From Saprolegnia diclina VS20 (lineage: Eukaryota): a stretch of DNA of 64,000 bases. This document shows, piece after piece, positions 22,387 to 32,687 of this stretch. Position numbers and translations under genes: made by a program. Each line of letters starts with the position of its first letter. Within the stretch, counting starts at the first letter, position 1. The stretch spans positions 160,734 to 224,733 of the forward strand of contig NW_008246138.1 in assembly GCF_000281045.1 (NCBI RefSeq), written 5' to 3'. Under the pieces are notes generated by a model that saw only the letters and a list, made by a program, of their open reading frames with translations, did not search any database and was not told the DNA's origin.

Positions 22387-23348
22387 GGCGCTCTGAAATG
22401 GCGACGCCCATCAGGTTAAATGCGTTAAACATATTGGACGCCCGACGTTTCGCCTGGCATGACAGGACGCCATTGCTTCGCGAAACGGTCAAGTCAGATT
22501 GTGTCGACTTGCGCCCGTTGAGACCTTTCAAGCACTCACAGTATTGTCCTACACGGTACGTTGGTGCTCGTCACGCAACATCAGCATTGGGTTTAACTCC
22601 AGAACGCGTTGCGGTATATTGTTTGTCCCCTGAAGGGAGTTTTACGCGTTGCTGCGACTACTTTTCAGCTGTGCAAAACGAACACTTCCGTAGCACTAGA
22701 TGTGTGTCCGAGCACGACTTGTACACGCGAGCGCACAGACGATATATGAAATGTCCCCGTCCACCACCCCAAATCACAAGTTTATGTTTAAACACGTTAA
22801 ACATCGGATGTGGCCGTTGGATCCTGAAAGGGCGCTCCGGAAAAGTCCCGGCAACTTGCAAGCCAATCAATTGCATGAACGTTCGCGTGCGTCCCAAGAT
22901 CGATACAAAATGCCAGTCTTGCAATAGCATACAAACTTCAAGTGTGGTCGCGCGACTGACGCAGTGCTGACTTTCACGTCTTTGTGTATCGTGGTTGAAG
23001 GGCTGGGTATCGTACATCGTACATTGTATGTCGCTTATTTTATATAATCGTATGTATGGGCTTCGAATGTACGCTTGTACGCTTATCGTACGGGACGTAC
23101 ACTGTGGGATTTGCGAGAGGCCAATCGCCTCAAGTCCCCGCCGCACCGCACGTTTGGATTGGCCAAAATCCAAGGCATGAGCGCTGTGATTGGATACCGC
23201 CTGGCGCCCTCCCAAGATACATTGATCAAGTCGAAAGGTCAGATCGGACGTTGACACTGAAACTGTATGTTATACTTTGTTCAAGTAAAAAAGAGAACTG
23301 TCGAAACGATGCGAAGTCGCTCAAATTCGCGATTGCCAGCCAAACGCC

Positions 23349-24707
23349 ATGACCGGCTCCGTGACCGAGCTGCCGATGAAGACGGAGGCGAAGGAAGGGG
23401 CGCATGCAGGGACGCTGCAGTTCCAGGTGCGCCAGGGCCGCGAGCGCACCAACTCGGAAGAGACGGCCATGATTCTGACCGCGATGGCGGCCAACAAGGA
23501 CGACCCATCGCCGAGCCAGGAGGATGAGAAGGTCAAAGCCGACGACGACGACGAGGGGTGGAGCTCCGATGGGTCAGACAAGTGTCGTCGTGGCGGGTCG
23601 AGTGCTGCCAACCGCATGAAGTACCAGGCAACCAAGCTCATCTCGATCGATGAGCTGCGCGACCACTTTGACCAGCCCATCGTCGAGGTCGCCCGTCACT
23701 TTGGCATCTGTATCACGCTCATGAAGAAGGTATGCCGGCGCAATGGCATCAAGCGGTGGCCACATCGCCAGATCCGGTCGCTCACCAAGAGTATCAGCTC
23801 TATGGAAGCCGCCATGATGACGGCCAATGTCTCGGAGCGTGAAAAGTACGAAGAGCAGATCCGGTCGCTTGTGCTCAAGCGCGACGCGGTGATTGCCGAC
23901 CCGAACAAGGAAGTGTCCGTCTCCGTCGCAAAGGCCTCTGCGAAGGACGAGAAGCGCTCGCCACGCACCGATGGCAAGCTTCAAGACGACGAGGACGATC
24001 TGCAAGACGACGAGAACGGCGACGACGACGACGACAACATGGGCGGCAGCCCCGCCGTGTCCCCCAAGGCGCAGCCGCAGGCGGCCAAAGACGACAGCGC
24101 GTCTCGCACGTTCATTTTGCCTGCGTCCCACCCGCGCCCGCCTCCGCCGCAGTACGAAGTCAAAGGTGGTCGATGGACGGCGCAGGAGCACGCGTCCTTT
24201 CTGGAAGGCATCAAGCTCTACGGCAAGAATTGGCGTCGCGTCGCACAGGTTGTGGGCACGCGCAACGCTGTCCAGACGCGCACGCATGCGCAAAAGTACC
24301 TTCTCAAGACGAGCGCCCACCTCGAGATCCACCTCGCGCTTCTGAACAAGGCCGCCGTTGACGAGGCGCCGTCGGCGTTCGACAAGCTCCAGGCCCTCGC
24401 CGCCAGCGCCCACGACGAGGTCGTCGGCAGTGGTCTCGACCATCTCTCGGCTGTCGTCTCCGAGGCCGCCAAGAGCCCACGGGACAACCTCAACTTTGGG
24501 ACGCCGCTTGTGCTCTCTGCGTCTCCGCGTCGGCTTCCGGGGAACCCAAGTACGTCGGCCGCGTCGACGCTGCGGAAGCTTGTGCTTGCACGCAAGCCCG
24601 ATGACGCGTCGTCGCCGTTGCAGCCGCTTGCCAAGAAGCTCAAGTCTTTGGCGGACGATGCTGTGCCAGGCAACGAGAACGCGATGCCAAACGCCAACGC
24701 GGGCTAG
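23349..24707 (+). CDS. RWP-RK + SHAQKYF-class Myb domain transcription factor, intronless
   Basis: ISIDELRDHFDQPIVEVARHFGICITLMKKVCRRNGIKRWPHRQIRSL (RWP-RK) and GRWTAQEHASFLEGIKLYGKNWRRVAQVVGTRNAVQTRTHAQKY (Myb). Confidence 0.92.
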   Translation: MTGSVTELPMKTEAKEGAHAGTLQFQVRQGRERTNSEETAMILTAMAANKDDPSPSQEDEKVKADDDDEGWSSDGSDKCRRGGSSAANRMKYQATKLISIDELRDHFDQPIVEVARHFGICITLMKKVCRRNGIKRWPHRQIRSLTKSISSMEAAMMTANVSEREKYEEQIRSLVLKRDAVIADPNKEVSVSVAKASAKDEKRSPRTDGKLQDDEDDLQDDENGDDDDDNMGGSPAVSPKAQPQAAKDDSASRTFILPASHPRPPPPQYEVKGGRWTAQEHASFLEGIKLYGKNWRRVAQVVGTRNAVQTRTHAQKYLLKTSAHLEIHLALLNKAAVDEAPSAFDKLQALAASAHDEVVGSGLDHLSAVVSEAAKSPRDNLNFGTPLVLSASPRRLPGNPSTSAASTLRKLVLARKPDDASSPLQPLAKKLKSLADDAVPGNENAMPNANAG

Positions 24708-24852
24708 CGTGCGCGAGTATGGATTTTTGTATTTATTGCTGTCCATAGTCGATTCTGTACGTCCATGGTTGTTGTTTTTGTATGCTTCCATCGCACAAGA
24801 AGATCATATTTCACTTGTATAAAGATGAGGATGAGAACCGGAGTGCTGCAAT

Positions 24853-25224
24853 CTAATGGTGGTGCGCGGCGCCCTTGTTCGGGTTGCGGTTGTCGAGCTT
24901 GAAGTACTTGTCGTAGTCCGGGACGTAGAACACCTTGCCTTCGTGGAGGTTGAACCACTTAATGTACGGGGAGTCGTTGTGAGAGATGCCGATCGCGCGG
25001 TGCGAGTTGAACGAGGGCACGAGGATCGGGTTCTCCTTCGAGTTGCCCTGCGACTCTTCCGTGAAGATCGGGTCGCGCGAGAAGAGCTCGATGCCCTCCT
25101 CCGCGAGCTTGAGCTCGGCGCCCTGGCGACCGACGGCCTGCTCGATGATGTTGGGGAGGTCCTTCTCGAGCGTCGAGAACGAGCGCGTCGAGCGCTTCAC
25201 GACGGTCTTGGCAAGGCTGAGCAT
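24853..25224 (-). CDS. COX5B: Cytochrome c oxidase subunit 5b-like
   Basis: Mitochondrial presequence MLSLAKTVVKRSTRSF; EQAVGRQGAEL; GNSKENPILVPSFNSHRAIG; WFNLHEGK; YFKL. Confidence 0.8.
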   Translation of the reverse strand: MLSLAKTVVKRSTRSFSTLEKDLPNIIEQAVGRQGAELKLAEEGIELFSRDPIFTEESQGNSKENPILVPSFNSHRAIGISHNDSPYIKWFNLHEGKVFYVPDYDKYFKLDNRNPNKGAAHHH

Positions 25225-26247
25225 CTCTTCAGGGTAGCAAAACGATGAATAGCAGTCACTAGCCAAACACCACCCATTGCCGCGCCAGAACCCAATCAAG
25301 TGCGCCGACGCAACAAGCGCACTTGATTGAATTCATCATGCTTTTCTTTGTATACGTCAAACCGCACTTGAGCAAGCGCGCGTGTGTTTTTGTGTCGCCG
25401 CGCTTCTGATTGGCCGAAATGCGACAGAAATACGCTCCACGAACACCGGCCCAATGAGCGCGCAGGGGAACTGCCTGGCAATCCTACCCTTCGCCATCGT
25501 TCCTCATATTATGAGAAGACGGTCGGACAAGCGGACGATACGCTCTCCGACGCTTGACAGCACTGCGTTCAAGAGCAGGCGAAAGAGACGTCGAAGTCGA
25601 CTCTGTAGGCGAGTCTGCGCTGCGAGTGGTGAGGACGAGGCGAGGGTTGCCGTCGCCTTCAAGGACACATAGACAGGGCACGGTGTAGCTATACATCGAG
25701 CCATGCCCATGCAACCGACGCCATGCAAAGAAAGACCTGCGGCTATCATGCGAGCTCGCATCGCAGATATAAATCAGGCCTTTCCCTCGACGAAGATAGC
25801 GGCTGAGAGACCAAACCGGAGGACGCATACATCGTCCTGCTGCATCGAGCCAGCGCGGCTCTCGCTGTGCGTGCCATCGGCGCACTTCTGGTACCTACAA
25901 ATATACGAGACCTGTCCATCGCCAACGATAGCGTGCCAGGCAGATACGCAGGCCTGGACTTCCTTGTGCTTCGTAGCAGGTGCGCCGTTACGAGCACGAA
26001 CTGCCACGTGGCAGGGCGAAGCGGTTTCATCTGAAAAAGGCTACTCGACGAGTGGAAAGACGAGCACCACTCTTGTGGGAAGCCCCCAGAGCGGAAGATC
26101 CACAGAGCTGGTGGGTGTCCAAGGTTGCTACTCGCTTACATGGTTGCATTGCATGCGAAATTCTTCAAGGCAACCATTCCTCATGGCAACCAAGTCGAAA
26201 ATGCTGCACGCAGAGAAGAAATATAGTGTTAAAGATTAATAGTTGGT

Positions 26248-26928
26248 CTATTCGACTTGGGCGGGCTTGGGCATGATGAAGAGCGACGTGGCCTCCGTGT
26301 ATGTGTTGCCTTCCGCGTCTTGCACCTTGGCCTTGAGGTACACTTTCCGGCCTTCGATGCGCTCGAGCTCCGTCGTGACAATCGCGAGAGTTTGCGCCGG
26401 CAGCGGCTTGCGGAAGTTGACGTTCAGGTTCGCTGTGAAGCCCGCCTTGTCCATGATCCTAGACCCGCATTATCAATACGGTGGCACTTGACGGCAACGG
26501 CACATGATCGTACCAGTACATGGTCCAGCCAAAGAGCTCGTCGCAAATCGTCGAGATGCACCCGCCATGTACTAGACGTGGAGTGGTCCGTGAAGCTACT
26601 ATCAAAAGACGGAATTACACGCACCAATGCCTTCGTGGCCGCAGAGACTGTTCCCGAAATGCACAAAGCTCGTCGTGGACTGCTTGTCGACGTGGCCAAA
26701 GACGACGAAGGACTCGTACTTGCCGCCAATGTTGCGCAGCGAGTGAATGAAATGCTTCTCGACGTCAAAGAGGCTGCCGTCCCCAAAGGCCTTGTCGCTA
26801 GTGCCACCACAATTAGGATGACGTCTACGCCATCATGGACATTACCTCAGGTTTTCGTAGTCGGGGTTGGTGCGGTAGGCCGCGACGGGGTCCACCGGTG
26901 TCGTCGTCGTCGTCGTCATCGAGACCAT
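26248..26928 (-). CDS. Hotdog-fold acyl-CoA thioesterase (PaaI/THEM4-like), paralog 1, multi-exon
   Basis: VHFGNSLCGHEGI|VHGGCISTICDELFGWTMY, FTANLNVNFRKPLP, EGRKVYLKA, YTEATSLFI. Confidence 0.88.
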
Positions 26929-27395
26929 GCTTCTTGTATTGTGTGCAGAGCCAAATGCAAAATGATCCCTTCATCGGCGCGGGACTCACTCGGCAGAGTA
27001 CCCCCGCGTGCCTCTTCCCGCTTTTTGCTGCAAGATTATTTTTTCTCATCGCTGTTTCGTAAACAGTGGAGTCCCAACGGCATACAAACAACAAGATGAT
27101 TTAATTCATGTGCATCAAGACCTACATTCCGGTTTGGGGTGTTGATGAATAGGGTCCGGTGCATCATCCGACGCCGGCGGATTTGTTAACGCAGCAGCAG
27201 CAGCATGGACACCGCGAATCAGCGCCTCGCGCCGGTGACGTGTCTCGATGCCGTCTGCCTTTTCACGCCTGTGATTACTCAATCACTCTCGTTCATCGAT
27301 TCTAGTGTTGAATGGGGTGTTGAATCCCAGAAGAAAGCAGAGTCTTCACTAGAAGTACGCTTCGAAATGCAGCTCCTCTAAGCTCGTAGTGGCAA

Positions 27396-28075
27396 TTACG
27401 CTTCTGTGGGCCGTGGAAGAATGAAGAGCGCGCTGGCTTCCGTGTAGAGCGTGCCGTCGTTGTCTTCAACGCGAGCTTTCATAAAAACCTGCCAAATGCG
27501 TTAGCTTCCACGACCGGATTCACCGCCTCGTCGCACCTTGCGGCCCTCGCGGCGATCGAGCTCCGTGTAGATGATTCCGCTCGTCTGCGTCGGCAGCGGC
27601 TTGCGGAAGTTGACGTTCAGATACGCAGTAAAACCAACGTTGCCCGTGATCCTAAGGACGTTAATGTTGTGCCGCGACTCTTTCGTTTCTCTGGCGCGTA
27701 CCAGTACATGGTCCAGCCAAAGAGCTCGTCGCAGACGGTCGAGATGCAGCCGCCGTGCACTATACGGTGTCCGTTTGTGGCGTAGTCCATCGCAGTGCCG
27801 AACGTACCAATGCCCGTGTGGCCGCAGAGCTTTTCGCCGAAGTGCACGAGGCTGATCGTTTGCGTCTTGGCCACGTCGCCGTAGACCATGAACTCTTCGT
27901 ACTTGCCCTGGATATCCGAGAGCGAGTGGATGTAGTGCTTGGTCACGTCAAAGACGTTGCTCTCGACGAGCACGTCGGTGCTACGAGCAGCATGAGCACC
28001 ACGCTCGAGCCTCGGTACGAACCTGATATCCTGGAAGCTCGCGTCGTTTGTGATCGCCACGTACTTGGACGGCAT
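27396..28075 (-). CDS. Hotdog-fold acyl-CoA thioesterase (PaaI/THEM4-like), paralog 2, multi-exon
   Basis: VHFGEKLCGHTGI|VHGGCISTVCDELFGWTMYW, FTAYLNVNFRKPLP, REGRK|VFMKARV, YTEASALFI. Confidence 0.88.
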
Positions 28076-28859
28076 GCTAGGCTTGACCTATGCACACGCG
28101 ATCCATCGTCAGGGCCATCCGTGTTCGCAACGCCGTTGCGCACCGGCGTCACGTCGCCCAGTGCCGCATCGTTCGGTCGCTGGCGCTTGGCAAGCTAGCG
28201 CCGGCGGCGTGAGGAGCGCTACGAGTTGGCAGTAGACGTACGGGGGAAGACGGCGCTGTGGGCTCCATGCTGCGGTCGTCGTGCGAGTAAAACTGGCCGC
28301 CACGCCATCGTGGCTCCTCACCCTCGGAACGAGATGCCATTGGCTACATTTTGAGCCAATCCCGTCGCGGGATTTGATACGAGACTAAACACACGCAATT
28401 CTGCACGATCACAGTGGGCACACAGGGTCACAGCATGAGTTGGCCTTGATCACAGCGAGACTCGACTCGGAGCGACGAGGTGATGGAACGCAGCATCAAA
28501 AGAGCAGATGGCGCCGCCTAGAGCATTCGCTGCTTCGATCTCCGATAGCTAATACGCCTAGGTTGACTACTGGTAACTACAGTACTAGCCTACTTCTAGT
28601 ACTACAGTAGTAGACCAATCGCAGCTACTGCGTCGCTGGGCGAGGACCGAGCTTTTGGAGACAGTTCTTCCAGAGCTTGTCTTTGGTGCGACGCTGCTTC
28701 CTTCGCTTGCGAGGAATCCAGCATCCCCCTCCAATGCTAACGCTGCATAGCCGGTTTGTCGTATGGAGAAGCATTCGAACCGAAGACCCTGATGTACTCT
28801 TCTCTACGTTGTACGAACTCGCCTCGATGCTCCAACCATTTTCAAATTGGTCCACGAAC

Positions 28860-29372
28860 ATGCACGACTACACGCGCGTTCTCGTGCTCTTCCTATCGCT
28901 CGTCGTGCTCCAGTTGACGGCAGCCGACGACGTCCAGTGCAAGACGGAGCTCCAGGCCAAGGTGCTCGGCGCTTTCCAGGCCAACGCAGACGCGTTTCGC
29001 CAGTGCTCGTCGACGAGCTCGTACCAGATCTTCCCGTACCCCGGATCGATGCCGTCGACGCTGCAAACCGTCGCGATCTGCGGCAGCGCCGACTGCGGCG
29101 TGCTCATGAAAATGATCGCCACGTTCCCCGACTGCGAACTCGCCGGCACGCCGCTGCGCCGCGTTGGCCTCGTCATGCTCCAGGTCTGCGACGCTCTTAG
29201 CCGCGGAGTTCCGGTGCCAGGCCCACGTCAAATTGCCGATCTCATCAACAACTACCAACCTCTAACGACCACACCGTCGATGGTCCCAACATCGGTCGTG
29301 CCCACGCGTGCACCGTCGACCACCGCGCCCAGCAGCGCTCCACCAACGGCCGCTCCCTCGCCAGCGCCAGTG
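28860..29372 (+). CDS. Elicitin-like secreted protein with Pro/Ser/Thr-rich tail, 3'-truncated by assembly gap
   Basis: Signal peptide MHDYTRVLVLFLSLVVLQLTAA; six cysteines in elicitin spacing (C...CSSTSSY...P...ICGSADC...PDCEL...C); PST-rich linker running into Ns. Confidence 0.82.
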
Positions 29373-29472
29373 NNNNNNNNNNNNNNNNNNNNNNNNNNNN
29401 NNNNNNNNNNNNNNNNNNNNNNNNNNNNNNNNNNNNNNNNNNNNNNNNNNNNNNNNNNNNNNNNNNNNNNNN
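29373..29472. other. Assembly gap (100 N)
   Basis: Run of N characters. Confidence 1.
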
Positions 29473-29621
29473 GAGTTCGATATTGAATTGTGTATTGTCA
29501 GTTTGTGACACGGTGGGTGAAATGGTCGGTGACGAATGGCTGATAAATAAATAAAATTGAAAAAATAAAAGAAAATAAATCGAAAAAATGTAGAAAAGGT
29601 CTAAAATTGTCTGTAGGGCGT

Positions 29622-29626
29622 AAAAA
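29622..29626 (-). terminator. RNA polymerase III terminator (T5) of the tRNA-Val gene
   Basis: TTTTT two nucleotides after the tRNA 3' end on the minus strand. Confidence 0.75.
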
Positions 29627-29628
29627 GA

Positions 29629-29701
29629 TGGTCTTACCCGGAATTGAACCGGGGGCCTTCTCCACGTCAAGGAGACGTGATAACCGCTACACCATAAGAC
29701 C
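29629..29701 (-). tRNA. tRNA-Val (anticodon GAC)
   Basis: Minus strand GGTCTTA TGGTGTAGCGGTTATCACG TCTCC-TTGACGT-GGAGA AGGCC CCCGG-TTCAATT-CCGGG TAAGACC A. Perfect acceptor, anticodon and T stems; discriminator A73; no encoded CCA. Confidence 0.95.
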
Positions 29702-29717
29702 TCGCATATTTGCTAAC

Positions 29718-29747
29718 CATTTTTAGCATTTTTAGCATTTTTAGCAT
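29718..29747. repeat. (CATTTTTAG)3 tandem repeat immediately upstream of the tRNA
   Basis: Three perfect 9-nt units plus CAT. Confidence 0.85.
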
Positions 29748-30281
29748 ATTAATCACGTTAATACTCCACTTTTATTTATCTAGCACGCACACGCTACAAA
29801 ACACACCTCTGCAAGACATCCCACCACGTACGAACCAATCTTTTGCCATCACACGGGCCCGTGTTGACATCTTTTCCACCTGCTACGGTTGATTGGACAA
29901 CCTCTTGGAGACGGTGCGAGTTGCCGATTGTTAGTCGACTACACATGTACTAGTAAAACGACGGGGAAACCAGTGGCTAACGACCGACAGCGAAATCTTC
30001 GCGCTGCGATCGTTCCCGCCGTGTACCGAGGCCGGGATCGAAGTGGCGTCCAATCGAAACAAAACAGACTTGAAGCGGGCGCTGGTGATTGCATTCGCCC
30101 CGCAATGTGCGCAGTACGCACCTGGAGTCGTTTCCAGGAGTTGAACCCGTGGCCCAGAACTTTTGCGCGCGCAAAAACGCACACTAATTCCTGACGACGG
30201 AGATGGTGTGCACCGTTATCCGGATTGCAACCCACTGTGCCATAGCGGGAAAGCGCGAGGGGCCCCATATTTGAGGCCAAG

Positions 30282-32664
30282 ATGACGACGCCCGAGGTAC
30301 ATGAGCCGCCGCGACGAACGGCCGCAACCTCATCCGTGCCATGTGTAGAAGAAGCAGAAGTCCATCGCCGCCTTCTTCTCGCCTGTCACCCGGGCGGCGG
30401 CGCCACCGGCTGCGGCGAATTCCGTCGAGGCCCAGCCAACAGCAGCGATCGCAGCGACCAAGCCGACCGCTTCACCGACGCAGTGCAAGTCGTCGACGCC
30501 CAAGCGCACTTCGATCAAGAAATCGATCGAAGAAAGCGCCAAGCGAGAGGCTACGGTTGTCGCTGTGGCATCGGTCGCCACGACTCCGGTGCCCGAACCG
30601 GCGGATGCGGCGGTCCGTAGCACACCGCCGAGCCCAGAGATAGCGTCGCCAACCAACGAAGAAAAGGCCGCTCCGCCGACTTCGGGATCAGCCAATGCAC
30701 CCATTGATGTGGCCATGGACAGTGACGATGCTCCCGTAACAGCAACGAAGAAGCGCCGCTCGGACCCTGCAAGCGAAGCCAAGGCACCTGCAAAGAAGCA
30801 TAAGAGCAAGGCGCCGATACGCAAAGAAGAAAGCGACAACGACGAGACTGCCAGCGTCGAAATCGTCGACGAGCCGCCCGCGAAAGAGACGCGGAAGCGG
30901 ACGCGGCCCGTGCGCCAAGCGGCCTCGGCTCCCAAGACCGCCGAGCCCGTCGAAGTTGTGTCCAAAAAGCCGACGCCGCGCGCCGCCAAAAAGAAGATTG
31001 TACCCGAGGTCGTGCTCGCGCCCGTCGTGCCACCGACACCCGTCGTCGTCTTGTCGCCGGCGCAGCAGCAGAAGCTCGACCTGTACCTCTCCAAGCTCCA
31101 CGACGCCGAGCGTGCAATCCAAAGCGGCGACCCTGTCGCCCACGAAATCTACGGCCTCGCGCTCGACTCGCGGCTCGAGCTGCACGAAGCGCTCGAGGCC
31201 GAGTGCGCCACCGCGCTACGTTCTGAGAGCAGTGACGTCGCACTGGCGCTCAAGACGTACCTAGCGCGGTACGTGCAAGGTAGCATGAACGCGCTCTCAG
31301 TTCTCGTGCGTGGCATTCGTGCTGCCTGGGCGGTCCTCGCGCCGGACCACGTCTTCAACAGCGCGGCCGTCGAGATGGAGATCAAGGTCATGGCCGAGCG
31401 CATCGCGTACGGGGCCAAGCCGAAGAAATCCAACCTCTTTGAAGACACGACGCCTCGCGCGCTATACGTTTGGGAGGTCGGCAACCTCGACGGACGCTTT
31501 GGCGACGACGACTCGGTCAAGGTCATTCGCCGCATGCGCAAGCAGCGGAAGCGCACGGGCGCGTACCTCAAGACGCTCGACCGCATCGTGAGTATGCTTC
31601 AGGATGCCAAGGTCGACGACTCCAAGCTCAGCGTCGAGGAGGCTAAGGCCAGCAAGTTCCTCGTCTCGGTCGAGATGGAGAAGCAGCGCGCGCTCGAGAA
31701 GGAGCAAAAGGCGACGCTCGCCCTCGAGAAAGAGGAGATCAAGCGCAAGGAAAAGGAAGACGCGGCCGAGAAGAAGCGCTTGAAAGACCAAGCAAAGGAG
31801 GACGCCGAGGCCGCCAAGCGCCGACAGACGCTTGTCTCGTACTTTCAGCCAACGCCCGCCAAACCGGCGGGCGTGCCCGCGCCGCCAGTGACGGTGGACC
31901 TCTCGGATGTCGACGCTGATGCTGCGGCGCGGCTGCTTGCTATGGACAAGGCCCTTGGGCTTGCAGGGTCCACAGCATCGGGCGACGTGGCGGCGGTCGC
32001 GTCCCTTCGCAAGCAGCGTGCGCTGATCGTATCTGGGAGCTGGTCCAGTCGCCGCGTGCGGCACCCGACGCTTGGGCTCAAGAAGCTGCTGCAGTTCCAT
32101 GAAAACTACCGACCCGCGTACTGCGGCACGTTCTCCAAGAAGACACGCGTACTGCGGCGCGGCCGGAAGCCGTTGGCGCTCGTGCCGTCGCTCGACTACA
32201 CGATCGACAGCGACGACGAGTGGGAGGAAGAAGAGGTCGGCGAAAGCCTCTCGGACCAGGACAGCGACGACGACGCCGAGGACGGCGACGACGCTCTCGA
32301 CTATGGCGACAAGTGGCTCGCGTACGAGGACGAAGTCGACTACGTGGACCGCGCACCGGACGACGAAGCGGCGACCGAGTCGCGCCACGTCAAGGTCTCG
32401 GACATGCCCAAGGCGAGCAAGCTCACGAAGCTCGTGCCGCGCATCATTGGCCCTTTCTACACACCGTCGTCGGCGCCCGAGCTCGCGGCCTTTCACATTG
32501 AGCTTCTGCATCCGATCGTCCTCGAGTCGCCGCTGCTCAAGAAGAAGGCGCCTGCTGTCGAGCCAGAGGCGACCCCGCCTGCGACCAAGGTCGTCGCCAA
32601 ACCAACGTCTTCGACCAAAGCCGGCCTCACCATGTGGCTTCAAGCCGAGACGCCGTCGCAATGA
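30282..32664 (+). CDS. CHAF1A: Chromatin assembly factor 1 subunit A (p150/Cac1), one 5' intron
   Basis: MTTPE|KKQKSIAAFF (PIP box), KER-rich coiled coil, second PIP-like QTLVSYF, KLLQFHENYRPAYCGTFSK, LDYTIDSDDEWEEEEVGESL. Confidence 0.92.
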
Positions 32665-32687
32665 ACCTTTATATATTCCTACCGTTT

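Noticed and set aside
22400..23300. ORFs of about 200 aa on both strands
   Set aside because: Lower GC, no codon bias or domain; more likely the divergent promoter region of the RWP-RK/Myb and FkbM genes.
25382..26239. Possible gene (178-aa ORF and neighbours) between COX5B and thioesterase 1
   Set aside because: No recognisable domain or consistent splice model; a degraded remnant cannot be excluded.
29718..29747. Telomere-like or CRISPR-like repeat
   Set aside because: The unit CATTTTTAG is not a TTTAGGG/TTAGGG telomere repeat and there are no spacers; the context is eukaryotic.
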